Counted from the stretch's first letter, positions 37,862 to 49,411 are shown. The stretch is DNA of 53,618 nt from Eubacteriales bacterium (GCA_045542315.1 JAZQKU010000085.1:1-53618), one strand, 5' to 3'. Program-made: numbers and translations. The notes: a model not told the origin generated them from the letters alone.

Positions 37862-38485
37862 ATGCCTAATATTAAATTATTCAACATGAAGGGCGAGGCT
37901 GTAGGCGAAATTGCTCTTTCCGACGCTCTTTTCGCAGCAGAGGTTAACAAATCCGCACTTCACACCACTGTAACCGCTTATCTTGCCAATCAGCGTCAGG
38001 GCACTCAGTCGGCTCTCACCAGAAGCGAGGTTTCCGGCGGTGGTAAGAAACCCTGGAGACAGAAAGGCACCGGACGTGCAAGACAGGGATCTATCAGATC
38101 TCCCCAGTGGACTCACGGCGGTATCGTATTCGCTCCGAAGCCCAGAGATTACGGCTTCAAGGTAAACAAGAAAATCAGATTGGCGGCTATCAAGTCGGCA
38201 CTCACTGAAAAAGTCAATGCAAACAGCATCTACGTAATCGACGACATCGCAGTTGCCGAGTACAAGACCAAGACTGTTGTTGAAATGCTCAAGGCTCTCG
38301 GCGTAAACGGTAAGGCAATCATCGTTACCGCAGCAGCTGACGAGAAGGTAGTAAGAAGCGCAAAGAACATTGCAGGCGTTGTAACCAGCACCGCAACCTC
38401 TCTTAACACCTATGAGCTTCTCAACCACGAGGCACTCGTTATCTCGAAGGATGCAGTTGCAAAACTCGAGGAGGTATATGCATAA
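37862..38485 (+). CDS. rplD: 50S ribosomal protein L4
   Basis: [23 protein letters not shown]. Confidence 0.98.
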   Translation: MPNIKLFNMKGEAVGEIALSDALFAAEVNKSALHTTVTAYLANQRQGTQSALTRSEVSGGGKKPWRQKGTGRARQGSIRSPQWTHGGIVFAPKPRDYGFKVNKKIRLAAIKSALTEKVNANSIYVIDDIAVAEYKTKTVVEMLKALGVNGKAIIVTAAADEKVVRSAKNIAGVVTSTATSLNTYELLNHEALVISKDAVAKLEEVYA

Positions 38486-38775
38486 TGGAAGCAAGAGATA
38501 TAATCATCCGTCCGATTATCACCGAAAAAAGCATGGGAATAATCGCTGACAAGAAATATACCTTTGAAGTTGCTAAAGCAGCAGACAAGACCATGATCAA
38601 AAAAGCCGTTGAAGAGATCTTCGACGTCAAGGTCAAGAAAGTAAACACCATTAACAAGCGCGGCAAAAACAAGAGACAGGGTATGTCGATGGGCAGAACC
38701 AAGAGCTGGAAGAAAGCCGTCGTAACCTTAAGCGCAGATTCAAAGACCATTGCGTTCTTTGACAGCTTGATGTAA
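38485..38775 (+). CDS. rplW: 50S ribosomal protein L23
   Basis: [16 protein letters not shown]. Confidence 0.97.
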   Translation: MEARDIIIRPIITEKSMGIIADKKYTFEVAKAADKTMIKKAVEEIFDVKVKKVNTINKRGKNKRQGMSMGRTKSWKKAVVTLSADSKTIAFFDSLM

Positions 38776-38788
38776 AGGAGTAAAGAAG

Positions 38789-39622
38789 ATGCCTACTAAA
38801 GCATATAAACCCACTACTCCGGGCAGAAGAATAATGCAGACCCTCACCTACGAGGAGATCACCACCAATAAGCCCGAAAAAAGCCTTCTTGCCGTCAAGA
38901 AAAAGCACGCAGGAAGAAACAGCTACGGAAGAATCACCGTTCGTCATAAGGGCGGCGGCAACCGTCAGAAGTACAGAATTATCGACTTCAAGAGAAGAAA
39001 GATCGATATGTTCGCAACCGTACTCACCATTGAGTACGACCCCAACAGAAGTGCTAACATCTGCCTCATTCAGTATGAGGACGGAGAGAAAGCATACATC
39101 CTTTGCCCCGTAGGTCTCTCGGTTGGCGATAAGGTAATCAGCAGCGAAAAGGCTGACATTAAGCCCGGTAACTGCTTGCCCCTTTCCGCTATTCCGGTTG
39201 GTACCGTTATCCATAACGTAGAGCTCAACCCCGGCGCAGGAGCAATCCTCGTTCGTTCGGCAGGTATGTCCGCTCAGCTTATGGCTAAGGAAGGCAAATA
39301 CGCACAGGTAAGACTTCCCTCCGGCGAAGTAAGACTTGTAAGAATCGATTGCAAAGCAACCATCGGTACCGTTGGCAACGGTGACCACGAGAACGTAGCT
39401 TACGGCAAGGCCGGTAAGATCCGTCATCTCGGTATCCGTCCCACCGTCAGAGGTTCCGTTATGAACCCGAACGACCACCCCCACGGTGGTGGTGAAGGTA
39501 AATCACCCATTGGCCGTCCCGGACCTGTAACCCCGTGGGGCAAACCCGCTCTCGGTTACAAGACCCGCTCCAAGAAGGCAAGATCCAATAAATTCATTGT
39601 CAAGAGGAGAAACGGCAGATAA
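38789..39622 (+). CDS. rplB: 50S ribosomal protein L2
   Basis: [28 protein letters not shown]. Confidence 0.98.
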   Translation: MPTKAYKPTTPGRRIMQTLTYEEITTNKPEKSLLAVKKKHAGRNSYGRITVRHKGGGNRQKYRIIDFKRRKIDMFATVLTIEYDPNRSANICLIQYEDGEKAYILCPVGLSVGDKVISSEKADIKPGNCLPLSAIPVGTVIHNVELNPGAGAILVRSAGMSAQLMAKEGKYAQVRLPSGEVRLVRIDCKATIGTVGNGDHENVAYGKAGKIRHLGIRPTVRGSVMNPNDHPHGGGEGKSPIGRPGPVTPWGKPALGYKTRSKKARSNKFIVKRRNGR

Positions 39623-39642
39623 GCCGAGAAGGAGGAATATAC

Positions 39643-39927
39643 ATGAGCAGAAGCATCAAAAAAGGCCCCTTTGTTGCAGCTTCACTTTACAAGAAAGTAG
39701 AAGAGATGAACAAGAACGGCGAAAAAAGAGTTGTAAAAACCTGGTCCAGAGCATCTACAATATTCCCCGAGTTTGTCGGACATACCTTTGCCGTACATGA
39801 CGGAAGAAAGCACGTTCCGGTATACGTTACCGAGGACATGGTTGGACATAAGCTCGGTGAGTTCGCTCCCACTCGTACCTTCAAGGGTCACGCTGGAAAC
39901 AAGACCACCAATACCGGTAAGAAATAA
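39643..39927 (+). CDS. rpsS: 30S ribosomal protein S19
   Basis: [26 protein letters not shown]. Confidence 0.98.
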   Translation: MSRSIKKGPFVAASLYKKVEEMNKNGEKRVVKTWSRASTIFPEFVGHTFAVHDGRKHVPVYVTEDMVGHKLGEFAPTRTFKGHAGNKTTNTGKK

Positions 39928-39939
39928 GGAGGAAGAGAA

Positions 39940-40272
39940 ATGGAAGCAACCGCTATACTCAGATATGCACGTATCTCTCCCCGCAAGGTAAAGATCGTCA
40001 TGGACCTCATCAGAGGTAAAGATATCACTGAAGCAATCGCTATCGTAAGAAACGTTCCCAAGGCAGCTTGCCCCCTTCTTGAGAAGCTTCTCAAGTCTGC
40101 AGCAGCAAACGCAGCCGTTAAGGAAATGGACGGAACCAAGCTTTACGTTGCAGAGTGCTTCGTTTGCCCCGGCCCCACTCTTAAGAGAATTATGCCGAGA
40201 GCAAAAGGCAGCGCAAACAGAATTTTGAAGAGAACCTCGCATCTTACCGTCGTTCTCAGAGAGAAAGAATAA
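39940..40272 (+). CDS. rplV: 50S ribosomal protein L22
   Basis: [20 protein letters not shown]. Confidence 0.97.
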   Translation: MEATAILRYARISPRKVKIVMDLIRGKDITEAIAIVRNVPKAACPLLEKLLKSAAANAAVKEMDGTKLYVAECFVCPGPTLKRIMPRAKGSANRILKRTSHLTVVLREKE

Positions 40273-40285
40273 GTGGAGGAAGAAA

Positions 40286-40966
40286 ATGGGACACAAAGTT
40301 AATCCTCACGGCCTTCGCGTCGGCGTTATCAAAGACTGGAACTCCAGATGGTTCGTTGACAAAAACGAGTTCTCCAAGAACATCGGCGAAGACTACAAAA
40401 TAAGAAATTATCTTAAATCCACCCTTTACGCAGCAGGCGTAGCAAAGATCGATATCGAGAGAAGCAACACCAAGATAAAGATCACCGTTCACTGCGCAAA
40501 ACCCGGTATTCTTATCGGTAAGGGCGGCGCTGAGATCGAGAAGCACAAGAAAGCAGTTGAGGCTCTTATCGGCAAGCCGGTTCTCCTTAATTGCCTCGAG
40601 ATCAGACAGAATCAGGTAGATTTAAATGCTCAGCTCGTTGCAGAGAATATCGCTGCACAGCTTGAGAAGAGAGTTTCCTTCCGTCGTGCACTCAAGCAGT
40701 CCATTCAGAGAACCATGAGAGCAGGCGCAAAGGGAATCAAGACCCAGGTCAGCGGACGTTTGGGCGGCGCTGAAATCGCACGTACCGAGCGTTACTACGA
40801 GGGCACCGTTCCGCTTCAGACCATCAGAGCCGACATTGACTACGGCTTTGCAGAGGCTGCAACCACCTACGGTAAGCTCGGCGTAAAGATCTGGATCTAC
40901 AAAGGCGAAGTTTTGCCCGCAGCAAAGAAGTCGCCCAAAGTTGCTAAGGAAGGAGCTGTTCGCTGA
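40286..40966 (+). CDS. rpsC: 30S ribosomal protein S3
   Basis: [32 protein letters not shown]. Confidence 0.98.
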   Translation: MGHKVNPHGLRVGVIKDWNSRWFVDKNEFSKNIGEDYKIRNYLKSTLYAAGVAKIDIERSNTKIKITVHCAKPGILIGKGGAEIEKHKKAVEALIGKPVLLNCLEIRQNQVDLNAQLVAENIAAQLEKRVSFRRALKQSIQRTMRAGAKGIKTQVSGRLGGAEIARTERYYEGTVPLQTIRADIDYGFAEAATTYGKLGVKIWIYKGEVLPAAKKSPKVAKEGAVR

Positions 40967-41397
40967 TGTTAATGCCCAAAAGAGTTAAATACAGAAAGAC
41001 TCAGAGAGGTCGTTTGACCGGTAAAGCCGCTCGCGGCAACACCGTATCGCAGGGTGAATTCGGCTTGATGGCTCTTGAGCCCGCATGGATCACCGCGAAT
41101 CAGATCGAGGCAGCCCGTATCTCCTTAACCAGATACATCAAAAGAGGCGGCCGCGTTTGGATCAAAATCTTCCCCGATAAGCCCGTAACCCAGAAGCCCG
41201 CTGAAACCCGAATGGGTTCCGGTAAAGGCTCGCCCGAGTACTGGGTAGCAGTAGTAAAGCCGAACAGAATTCTTTTCGAGATGGCAGACGTTTCCGAGGA
41301 GCAGGCAAGAGAGGCATTCCGTCTCGCTTCCTACAAGCTTCCCGTAAAATGCAAGTTCGTCAAGAGAGAAGACATTGACGGAGGTAAAGACGAATGA
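40966..41397 (+). CDS. rplP: 50S ribosomal protein L16
   Basis: [24 protein letters not shown]. Confidence 0.98.
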   Translation: MLMPKRVKYRKTQRGRLTGKAARGNTVSQGEFGLMALEPAWITANQIEAARISLTRYIKRGGRVWIKIFPDKPVTQKPAETRMGSGKGSPEYWVAVVKPNRILFEMADVSEEQAREAFRLASYKLPVKCKFVKREDIDGGKDE

Positions 41398-41594
41398 AAG
41401 CCAATGAATTCAGAGAGATGAGCGTAGCAGATCTCAACAAGAAGATCGCTGCCCTTAAAGAAGAGCTTTTTAATCTCCGCTTCCAGCACGCAACCAATCA
41501 GCTCGAGAATGCTAACAAGCTTGTAAGCGTACGCAGAGATATCGCACGCGCCAAGACTATCCTTCACGAAAAGGAAGCTAAGGAGCAGGCGTAA
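41394..41594 (+). CDS. rpmC: 50S ribosomal protein L29
   Basis: [17 protein letters not shown]. Confidence 0.97.
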   Translation: MKANEFREMSVADLNKKIAALKEELFNLRFQHATNQLENANKLVSVRRDIARAKTILHEKEAKEQA

Positions 41595-41621
41595 TGCCGG
41601 TTCCGAGAAAGGAGAACAGTC

Positions 41622-41879
41622 ATGGAAAGAACTTCAATGAGAAGAACACTTATCGGTAGAGTAGTCAGCGACAAGATGGATAAGACCATCGTTGTAGCAA
41701 TCGAGGACGTAACCAGTCATCCTCTTTTCAAAAAGGCTATGAAAACCACCTACAAACTTAAGGCTCACGACGAAAACAACGAGTGCCACATCGGCGATAA
41801 GGTTGAGGTTATGGAAACCAGACCTTTATCTAAAGATAAGAGATGGCGTCTTGTAAGAATCGTCGAGAGCGCAAAATAA
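41622..41879 (+). CDS. rpsQ: 30S ribosomal protein S17
   Basis: [22 protein letters not shown]. Confidence 0.97.
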   Translation: MERTSMRRTLIGRVVSDKMDKTIVVAIEDVTSHPLFKKAMKTTYKLKAHDENNECHIGDKVEVMETRPLSKDKRWRLVRIVESAK

Positions 41880-41906
41880 GCCAACGAGGAACAGGAGGAA
41901 ATAACT

Positions 41907-42275
41907 GTGGTACAGCAGCAGACATTACTCAAAGTGGCTGATAACACCGGCGCCAAGGAGCTTATGTGCATCAAAGTCCTCGGTGGCACCCGCAAGAGAT
42001 ATGCCGGAATCGGCGACATCATCGTCGCATCGGTTAAGAAGGCAGCTCCCGGCGGCACCGCTAAAAAAGGCGAGGTTGTTAAGGCGGTAGTAGTCCGCAC
42101 AGTTCACACCATCAAAAGAGCAGACGGCTCACACATCAGATTCGACGATAACGCAGCAGTTATCATCAAAGAAGATAAAAATCCCAGAGGCACACGTATC
42201 TTTGGCCCGGTAGCAAGAGAGCTCCGTGAGAAGGAATTCACCAAGATCATGTCCCTCGCACCCGAAGTAATATAA
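41907..42275 (+). CDS. rplN: 50S ribosomal protein L14
   Basis: [28 protein letters not shown] start. Confidence 0.98.
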   Translation: MVQQQTLLKVADNTGAKELMCIKVLGGTRKRYAGIGDIIVASVKKAAPGGTAKKGEVVKAVVVRTVHTIKRADGSHIRFDDNAAVIIKEDKNPRGTRIFGPVARELREKEFTKIMSLAPEVI

Positions 42276-42289
42276 GGAGGTCGGAAGAA

Positions 42290-42658
42290 ATGAATATTAA
42301 AAAAGGCGATACAGTAGTCGTCATCTCCGGCTCCCAGGTATCGGCAGACAAAAAAGAGAGCAAAAAGACCGCTGAAGGCAAGCGCGCAGTTTTAGAGACC
42401 GTTCTCAAGAAGAGAAAGGTTTTGGAGGTTGCACCTGCTGAGGGCAAGATCATAGTTGAAGGCGCAAACATCAAAACGAAGCACGTTAAGCCCCGTAAGC
42501 AGGGCCAGGCTGGCGGAATTTTGAAGGCTGAGGGTGCTATCTACGCATCTAAGGTCATGCTCGTTTGCCCCAAGTGCAACAAGCCCACTAAAGTAGGCCA
42601 CGCTACCGTTGACGGCAAGTCCGTTCGCGTTTGCAAAATCTGTAAGGAAACTTTCTAA
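42290..42658 (+). CDS. rplX: 50S ribosomal protein L24 with insertion in the KOW loop
   Basis: [27 protein letters not shown]...CKIC; located between rplN and rplE. Confidence 0.93.
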   Translation: MNIKKGDTVVVISGSQVSADKKESKKTAEGKRAVLETVLKKRKVLEVAPAEGKIIVEGANIKTKHVKPRKQGQAGGILKAEGAIYASKVMLVCPKCNKPTKVGHATVDGKSVRVCKICKETF

Positions 42659-42671
42659 GGAGGGAAGCAAA

Positions 42672-43211
42672 ATGACAAGACTTAATGAAATGTACAAGTC
42701 GGAAGTTGCTCCCGCTTTGATGAAAAAGTTTTCATACAAAAGCGTAATGCAGATTCCGAAAATCGAAAAGGTAGTTATCAACGTCGGTTGCGGTGAAGCA
42801 AGAGAAAACGAAAAGGTTCTCGAAGGCGTCAAGACCGACCTCAGAGCTATCACCGGTCAGAATCCGGTAGTCACCAAGGCAAGAAAATCAGTTGCTAACT
42901 TCAAGCTCCGTCAGGGCATGAACATCGGCGTTAAAGTAACCCTTCGCGGTGAAAGAATGTACGAGTTCCTCGAGAAGCTCTTCTCGGTATCACTTCCCCG
43001 AGTAAGAGACTTCAAGGGTATCAACCCCAACGCATTCGACGGTCGCGGCAACTATGCGCTCGGCATAAAGGAACAGCTTATATTCCCCGAGATCGAGTAC
43101 GATAAGATCGATAAGATCCGCGGTATGGACATAGCAATCGTCACCACCGCGAAGAACGACGAAGAGGCAAGAGAGCTCCTTTCCCTTATGGGCGCTCCCT
43201 TTGCGAAATAA
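42672..43211 (+). CDS. rplE: 50S ribosomal protein L5
   Basis: [20 protein letters not shown]. Start MTRL after AAGGAGG. Confidence 0.97.
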   Translation: MTRLNEMYKSEVAPALMKKFSYKSVMQIPKIEKVVINVGCGEARENEKVLEGVKTDLRAITGQNPVVTKARKSVANFKLRQGMNIGVKVTLRGERMYEFLEKLFSVSLPRVRDFKGINPNAFDGRGNYALGIKEQLIFPEIEYDKIDKIRGMDIAIVTTAKNDEEARELLSLMGAPFAK

Positions 43212-43223
43212 GGAGGAATTTTA

Positions 43224-43409
43224 ATGGCTAAAACATCTCTTAAGAATAAGCAGCAGAAAGCCCAGAAGTTCTCCACAAGGGAATATAACAGATGCCAGAT
43301 CTGCGGCAGACCGCATGCGTATCTCAGAAAGTACGGTATTTGTCGTATTTGCTTCCGTAATCTTGCTTACAAGGGCGAGATTCCGGGCGTAAAAAAGGCA
43401 AGCTGGTAA
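43224..43409 (+). CDS. rpsN: 30S ribosomal protein S14 (zinc-binding type Z)
   Basis: 61 aa, RCQICGR...[15 protein letters not shown]. Confidence 0.97.
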   Translation: MAKTSLKNKQQKAQKFSTREYNRCQICGRPHAYLRKYGICRICFRNLAYKGEIPGVKKASW

Positions 43410-43429
43410 CGGAAAGGTAGGTATGGAAT

Positions 43430-43828
43430 ATGTACTGCACAGATCCCATAGCTGATATGCTCACCAGAATCAGAAATGCAAACGCTGCAAAGCATGATAA
43501 AGTTGAAGTTCCCGCTTCAAACATGAAGAAAGCGATTGCCGAGATTCTCAAGAACGAAGGCTATATCAAAAATTATGAAGTAACCGATGACAACTATCAG
43601 GGCGTCATCGTAATCGAATTAAAGTACGGCGCTAACAAAGAGAGAGCGATCACCGGTCTCAAAAGAGTTTCAAAGCCCGGCTTAAGAGTTTATGCTAACT
43701 GTGAGAATATGCCCAAGGTTATGAGAGGCCTCGGAATTGCCCTCGTATCCACCTCAAAGGGTATTATGACTGACAAAGCAGCAAGAAAAGCAAATGTCGG
43801 CGGCGAAGTGCTCGCTTTCATTTGGTAA
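43430..43828 (+). CDS. rpsH: 30S ribosomal protein S8
   Basis: [26 protein letters not shown]. Confidence 0.98.
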   Translation: MYCTDPIADMLTRIRNANAAKHDKVEVPASNMKKAIAEILKNEGYIKNYEVTDDNYQGVIVIELKYGANKERAITGLKRVSKPGLRVYANCENMPKVMRGLGIALVSTSKGIMTDKAARKANVGGEVLAFIW

Positions 43829-43843
43829 TGGAGGTAAGTTAAG

Positions 43844-44392
43844 ATGTCACGAATCGGAAGAATGCCCGTTGCGATTCCCGCAGGCGTCGAGGTAACTCTT
43901 AACGGTACCAAGATTACCGTAAAGGGCCCCAAAGGCACTCTCGAGAGAGAGCTTATGAACCTCGTATCTGTTAAAGTCGAAAACGGACAGGTAATCGTTA
44001 CCCGCGACGGTGACGAGAAAGAGAAGAGATCGGCACACGGTCTCACCAGAACCCTTATCAAGAATATGATCGAGGGTGTTACTGAGGGTTACACCAAGAC
44101 CCTTGAAATCGTTGGCGTAGGTTACAGAGCTGCAAAGAGCGGCAAGGACGTAACTCTTACCATCGGTTATTCACATCCGGTAATCGTAAGCGATACCGAT
44201 CTTGTAAAAATTGACGTTCCCCAGCCTAACCAGCTCGTAATCACCGGCATTGACAAGCAGGCTGTTGGCGAGTGCGCCGCAGTCGTAAGAAAGATCAGAC
44301 CGCCCGAGCCCTATCACGGCAAAGGCATCAGATATGCCGGAGAGGTAGTACACCTCAAAGAAGGCAAGGCCGGCAAGAGCTCGAAGAAATAA
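43844..44392 (+). CDS. rplF: 50S ribosomal protein L6
   Basis: MSRIGRMP, GVGYRA, PEPYHGKGIRY. Confidence 0.98.
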   Translation: MSRIGRMPVAIPAGVEVTLNGTKITVKGPKGTLERELMNLVSVKVENGQVIVTRDGDEKEKRSAHGLTRTLIKNMIEGVTEGYTKTLEIVGVGYRAAKSGKDVTLTIGYSHPVIVSDTDLVKIDVPQPNQLVITGIDKQAVGECAAVVRKIRPPEPYHGKGIRYAGEVVHLKEGKAGKSSKK

Positions 44393-44408
44393 GGAGGATT
44401 GAAGACAA

Positions 44409-44765
44409 ATGGTTAAACAGATTAACAGAAAAGCTGAAAGAACCAAGAGACACACCCGTGTTCGCGGCAAAATCAGCGGCACAGCAGAATGCCCCCGTCT
44501 TAATGTCTTCCGCTCCGATCGCCACATTTATGCCCAGATCATTGATGACGTAAAAGGCGTTACCCTCGTTTCCGCTTCAACCCTTAAGGACGTTGACGGT
44601 TACGGCGGCAACAAAGAAGCCGCAAAGCAGCTCGGCATCGTAATTGCCAAGAAGGCTTTGGAAGCAAAGATCGAAAACGTTGTTTTCGACCGCGGCGGCT
44701 ACCTTTACCACGGCAGAGTCAAAGAATTGGCAGAAGGCGCCCGTGAGGGCGGTCTCAAATTCTGA
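44409..44765 (+). CDS. rplR: 50S ribosomal protein L18
   Basis: [20 protein letters not shown]. Confidence 0.98.
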   Translation: MVKQINRKAERTKRHTRVRGKISGTAECPRLNVFRSDRHIYAQIIDDVKGVTLVSASTLKDVDGYGGNKEAAKQLGIVIAKKALEAKIENVVFDRGGYLYHGRVKELAEGAREGGLKF

Positions 44766-44776
44766 GGAGGAAGACC

Positions 44777-45283
44777 ATGTCACAGATTATAGACGCATCA
44801 ACTCTCGATCTCAAAGAGAAGCTCGTTGTTATCAACAGAGTATCCAAGACCGTAAAGGGCGGCCGTATCTTCAAGTTTGCAGCACTCGTTGTTGTAGGTA
44901 ACGAAGACGGAATCGTCGGTTTCGGTTTAGGTAAATCATCCGAAGTTCCCGAAGCAATCAAGAAGGGCATTGAGGATGCAAAGAAGAACCTTATTAAGGT
45001 ATCTATGAGAGGCACCACCATTCCTCACGAAGTAGTAGGAAAGTTCGGCGCTTCCATGGTAATCATGAAGCCCGCTGCACCCGGTACCGGTATCATCGCC
45101 GGCGGCGCAGTAAGAGCTGTTTTGGAAATGGCAGGCATTAAGGACATCAGAACCAAGGCTCTCAAGTCGAGAAACCCCAAGAACGTTGTCACTGCCGTAT
45201 TCAACGGTCTCAAGAGCCTTCGTAACGTTGAGCAGGTTGCAGCAACCAGAGGTATCTCTGTTGAAGCAGTAACCCGCGCATAA
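44777..45283 (+). CDS. rpsE: 30S ribosomal protein S5
   Basis: [23 protein letters not shown]. Confidence 0.98.
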   Translation: MSQIIDASTLDLKEKLVVINRVSKTVKGGRIFKFAALVVVGNEDGIVGFGLGKSSEVPEAIKKGIEDAKKNLIKVSMRGTTIPHEVVGKFGASMVIMKPAAPGTGIIAGGAVRAVLEMAGIKDIRTKALKSRNPKNVVTAVFNGLKSLRNVEQVAATRGISVEAVTRA

Positions 45284-45297
45284 GGAGGACTTGAAAA

Positions 45298-45852
45298 ATG
45301 GCTAAAATGCTTACAATAGAACTCACAAAAAGCCTTATCGGCAGAAAACAGGATCAGATTGCAACCGCAAAATCCTTAGGTCTTAAGAGACCCGGTGATT
45401 TCACCGTTCAGCCCGATAACGATTGCACTCAGGGTAAGATCAAAAAGATCGGCTTTATGCTCAAGGTAACCGAAGGCGAGCTTAAAGAAGCAAAGGCTGC
45501 ATACGTAGGTACCGTTACCGTAAAGCCTGCTGCAGCACCCAAGAAGAAGGCAACCAAGAAAGCAGCTCCCAAGGCAGAGGCAGCAGTTGAAGCTCCCGCA
45601 GCCGAGGAAGTAAAGGTTGAGGAAGTAAAGGCTGAGGCTCCCGCTACCGAAGCGAAGCCCGCAGCAAAGAAGACCTCTACCGCTGCAAAGAAGCCCGCAG
45701 CAAAGAAGACTGCCGACGGCGAGGCCGCTCCCAAGAAAGCACCCGCAAAGAAGGCTGCTCCCAAGGCAGAGGGCGAAGCTGCTCCCAAAAAGGCTCCTGC
45801 AAAGAAGCCCGCAGCAAAGAAGACTGCAGAAGCAGAGACTGAATCTAAGTAA
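45298..45852 (+). CDS. rpmD: 50S ribosomal protein L30 with ~125-aa Ala/Lys/Pro-rich C-terminal extension
   Basis: First ~59 aa are L30-like (LTIELTKSLIGR...SLGLKRP). Position between rpsE and rplO. Tail carries PKKAPAKK-type repeats. Confidence 0.9.
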   Translation: MAKMLTIELTKSLIGRKQDQIATAKSLGLKRPGDFTVQPDNDCTQGKIKKIGFMLKVTEGELKEAKAAYVGTVTVKPAAAPKKKATKKAAPKAEAAVEAPAAEEVKVEEVKAEAPATEAKPAAKKTSTAAKKPAAKKTADGEAAPKKAPAKKAAPKAEGEAAPKKAPAKKPAAKKTAEAETESK

Positions 45853-45880
45853 TGTCGTCACTTAGGAGGTGTCATATTAA

Positions 45881-46318
45881 ATGAAACTCAATGAGTTAGC
45901 ACCGGCAATCGGCTCCAAGACCGAAGCCAAGAGAAAAGGCAGAGGCCCCGGATCCGGTAACGGCAAGACGGGCGGTAAGGGCCATAAGGGTCAGAACGCA
46001 CGTTCCGGCGGCGGCGTAAGAAGAGGCTTCGAGGGTGGACAGATGCCCATCACCAGAAGACTTCCGAAGCGTGGCTTCCACAATCATTTTGCAAAAGATT
46101 ACGTAGTTATCAATCTTTCCGATTTGGCAAGATTTAACGGTAACGAGGCAACCGTTGAGTCGTTGCTTGCAGCAGGCGTTATCAGCCGCGCAGGAGACGG
46201 ACTCAAGGTTCTTGGCAAGGGTGAATTAACCAAGGCCGTTGCAGTTAAAGCTGCAAAATTCACAGCAACTGCAAAGGAGAAGATCGAAGCAGCAGGCGGT
46301 AAGGCGGAGGTGATCTGA
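45881..46318 (+). CDS. rplO: 50S ribosomal protein L15
   Basis: [26 protein letters not shown]. Confidence 0.98.
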   Translation: MKLNELAPAIGSKTEAKRKGRGPGSGNGKTGGKGHKGQNARSGGGVRRGFEGGQMPITRRLPKRGFHNHFAKDYVVINLSDLARFNGNEATVESLLAAGVISRAGDGLKVLGKGELTKAVAVKAAKFTATAKEKIEAAGGKAEVI

Positions 46319-46319
46319 G

Positions 46320-47606
46320 GTGATACTCGATCCCATCAAAAACGCGTTTAAGATACCCGACCTCAGAAAGAAGATTTTATACACACTCTTCATCATTCTG
46401 CTTTTTGAAATCGGTTCGGTAATCACCGTTCCCTTCATGAATGCGGAAACGCTCCAGAGCATGTTCTCTCTCACCGGAGAGGAAACTCTTGCGAATTCCA
46501 TGTTCGGATACTTAAACTTACTTTCGGGCGGCGGTATGCAGAGAGCATCGCTGTTTGCAATGTCGGTATCCCCTTACATCAACGCATCGATCATCATTCA
46601 GCTCCTCACCTATGCGATCCCCGCACTTGAGAGATTGCAGAAGGAAGGAGAAGAGGGCAGAAAGAAAATTTCCATGATAACCCGTATTTCGAGCGTGGTT
46701 CTCGGTATAGTTGAAGCTATCGGCTACTTCTTTATCCTTGATAACTACGGCGCACTCGAAACCGGCGATTACAACAAGTTCTTTGTTGCAACCGTTATCG
46801 TGGCAAGCTTCACCGCGGGCTCTGCACTCGTTATGTGGCTCGGCGAAAGAATCAACCAGAAGGGTATCGGTAACGGTATTTCGATAATACTTTTCGTATC
46901 TATCGCAACTCAGTTCCCCACCTTCGTTCGTCAGATATTCGAGGCTGCACAGACTAAGCTCGCATGGGGCGTTATCATTCTCCTCATCTTCGTTGTTATG
47001 ATAGTTCTTATCGTAGCAATGAACGACGGCGAAAGAAGAATCCCCGTTCAGTATGCAAAGAAGGTCGTCGGCAGAAAAATGTACGGCGGTCAGTCCACCT
47101 TCCTCCCCTTGAAGGTCACTATGTCGGGCGTTTTACCGATAATCTTTGCATCTGCATTCGTATCAATGCCCAGCCTTATAGCAAGCTTCTTCCCCAACAG
47201 TGAGTTCGCCAAAGGCGTAAACGACTATTTCGGACATGCTTCTTGGGCATACGCATTGGTATACTTCTTACTCATTATAGCATTTAACTTTTTCTACGTC
47301 TCAGTCCAGTATAACCCCGTTGATATGGCAAACAACATTCAGAAAAACGGCGGCTTCGTATTCGGCTTGCGCCCCGGCGCTCCCACTGCCGACTACATCA
47401 AGCGTGTTCTTAACAAGATCACCATCGTAGGCGCCGCATGTCTTGCCTTTATCGCAATCGTTCCTATCTTCTATCAGATGGGCACTCAGATACAGGTTGC
47501 GCTCGGCGGTACCTCGATCATAATCGTCGTTGGCGTAATACTGGAAACCTTGAAGCAGCTTGAGTCCCAGATGCTTATGCGTCACTACAAGGGCTTCCTG
47601 GAATAA
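46320..47606 (+). CDS. secY: Preprotein translocase subunit SecY
   Basis: SPYINASII, GIGNGIS, RRIPVQY, GGTSIIIVVGV. Confidence 0.97.
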   Translation: MILDPIKNAFKIPDLRKKILYTLFIILLFEIGSVITVPFMNAETLQSMFSLTGEETLANSMFGYLNLLSGGGMQRASLFAMSVSPYINASIIIQLLTYAIPALERLQKEGEEGRKKISMITRISSVVLGIVEAIGYFFILDNYGALETGDYNKFFVATVIVASFTAGSALVMWLGERINQKGIGNGISIILFVSIATQFPTFVRQIFEAAQTKLAWGVIILLIFVVMIVLIVAMNDGERRIPVQYAKKVVGRKMYGGQSTFLPLKVTMSGVLPIIFASAFVSMPSLIASFFPNSEFAKGVNDYFGHASWAYALVYFLLIIAFNFFYVSVQYNPVDMANNIQKNGGFVFGLRPGAPTADYIKRVLNKITIVGAACLAFIAIVPIFYQMGTQIQVALGGTSIIIVVGVILETLKQLESQMLMRHYKGFLE

Positions 47607-47695
47607 GAGATAAGCTTAATTCGGAACAAACCCAAGTCCACGGATGCCGCATTTTGCGGTGTCCGCGGGGGTTGTCTGAAAAGAGAGGTTACAAT

Positions 47696-48328
47696 ATGAG
47701 ACTGATATTGTTAGGCGCGCCCGGCGCGGGAAAAGGCACACAGGCAGTTAATATCTCCGAAAAGCTTGGTATTCCGGCAATTTCAACCGGAAATATCATA
47801 AGAAGAGAGATAGATAAGGGCTCGGCTCTCGGCGAAGCAGCCAAGAGAATTATCAATGAAGGAAATCTCCTTCCCGATTCGCTTATCAACGATATGGTGC
47901 TTGCAAGAATCAACGAGCCCGATTGCGAAAAAGGCTTTGTGCTCGACGGATTCCCCCGCAAGATCAGCCAGGCGAAGTTTCTCGAAGACGAGAATATATC
48001 AATCGATAAGGTAATAAGCATCGAGGTATCCGATGAGGATATCATTGACAGAATGACAGGCAGACGAATCTGCAAGAGCTGCGGAAAGAGCTACCACGTG
48101 ATCTTCAATCCCTCACAGGTTGAAAACGTGTGCGACGCTTGCGGCTCGGAGCTGTACATCCGTCCCGATGACAAACCTGAAACAGTCATGAACCGCTTGG
48201 AGGTCTATCACAACGAAACCGAGCCGCTCAAGGATTACTACGTTAAAAAAGGAATCTTAAGCATAGTTTTCGGTTGCGAAAAGGTAGAGGATACCATCAA
48301 GGCGGTAAACAAAGTATTAGAGGCTTAA
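47696..48328 (+). CDS. adk: Adenylate kinase
   Basis: GAPGAGKGTQA, LDGFPR, zinc LID CKSC...CDAC. Start MRLI. Confidence 0.97.
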   Translation: MRLILLGAPGAGKGTQAVNISEKLGIPAISTGNIIRREIDKGSALGEAAKRIINEGNLLPDSLINDMVLARINEPDCEKGFVLDGFPRKISQAKFLEDENISIDKVISIEVSDEDIIDRMTGRRICKSCGKSYHVIFNPSQVENVCDACGSELYIRPDDKPETVMNRLEVYHNETEPLKDYYVKKGILSIVFGCEKVEDTIKAVNKVLEA

Positions 48329-48329
48329 A

Positions 48330-49076
48330 ATGATCGTTATCAAAACTGAGAGGGATATTGACCTGATGCGCGTAAGCGGTAAGATAACCGCCGGTGCGAT
48401 GGAGGCGGCAAGGCGTGCCTGCAAGCCGGGCATAACCACTGCCGAGCTCGATAAGATCATACACGATTATATCCTGTCTCACGGTGCGAAACCGTCATTT
48501 CTCGGATATGCCGGATTTCCCGGCAGCGCCTGTATCTCTGTGAACGATGAATTGATTCACGGAATTCCCGGCGGACGAAAGATCGAAATAGGCGACATCG
48601 TTTCAGTTGATGTCGGTGCCTGCTATAAAGGTATGCATACCGATATGGCGGACACTTTTGTCACAGAGCATTCCCCCGAGATCGCCAAAAAGATCTGTTC
48701 GGTAACGAAGGAGAGCTTTTTCAAGGGTCTTGCCTATATGAAGGCAGGAAACCGTTTAGGCGATGTTTCGGCAGCTATACAGGAGCATATAGAGAACGCG
48801 GGCTTCTTTGTTGTAAAGAAGTACGTCGGACACGGAGTCGGTTACGAACTCCACGAGGATCCCTCGGTTCCCAACTACGGCACGGCAGGCAGAGGCGTAA
48901 GACTCCAAAAGGGTATGACGCTTGCAGTCGAGCCGATGGTGAACGAGAGATGCGAAGAGGTAAAAAGCCTTGCAGACGGCTGGACTGTTGTCCCCGTTTT
49001 GGGAGGGCTCTCGGCGCATTACGAAAATACGGTCCTTATAACCGACGGCGAACCGGAGCTGCTCACTACGCTGTGA
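48330..49076 (+). CDS. map: Methionine aminopeptidase type I
   Basis: CISVNDELIHGIP, GHGVG..LHEDP, AVEPM, SAHYENT. Confidence 0.97.
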   Translation: MIVIKTERDIDLMRVSGKITAGAMEAARRACKPGITTAELDKIIHDYILSHGAKPSFLGYAGFPGSACISVNDELIHGIPGGRKIEIGDIVSVDVGACYKGMHTDMADTFVTEHSPEIAKKICSVTKESFFKGLAYMKAGNRLGDVSAAIQEHIENAGFFVVKKYVGHGVGYELHEDPSVPNYGTAGRGVRLQKGMTLAVEPMVNERCEEVKSLADGWTVVPVLGGLSAHYENTVLITDGEPELLTTL

Positions 49077-49087
49077 GCGAGGTAAAA

Positions 49088-49387
49088 ATGGAAATAAAAA
49101 AAGGCGACATAGTCCGATCCGAATACGGAAGAGATAAACAACGCTATTTTTATGTAGTTGAAGCCGAAGGCGAATTCTTAAGGATAGCCGACGGAATGGT
49201 TCGTAAAATCGACGATCCCAAAAAGAAAAAATTAAAGCACGTCGTTTTCGTGGCAAGACCCGATACGAGAGTGAGAGAAAAGCTTGTTTCCGACGAACGT
49301 CTTTACGATGCGGAAATCAGAAAATCGCTCCGTCAGCTCGGATTCTGCGAGGATTACGACGGATACGGCAAAGCCGAAGATAACTGA
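49088..49387 (+). CDS. KOW-domain RNA-binding protein (L14e-like)
   Basis: GDIVRSEYGRDK, IADG..RK...PKKKKLKH; typical position between map and infA. Confidence 0.85.
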   Translation: MEIKKGDIVRSEYGRDKQRYFYVVEAEGEFLRIADGMVRKIDDPKKKKLKHVVFVARPDTRVREKLVSDERLYDAEIRKSLRQLGFCEDYDGYGKAEDN

Positions 49388-49411
49388 CTGTGAAAGGGAA
49401 GAGGCCAACAA

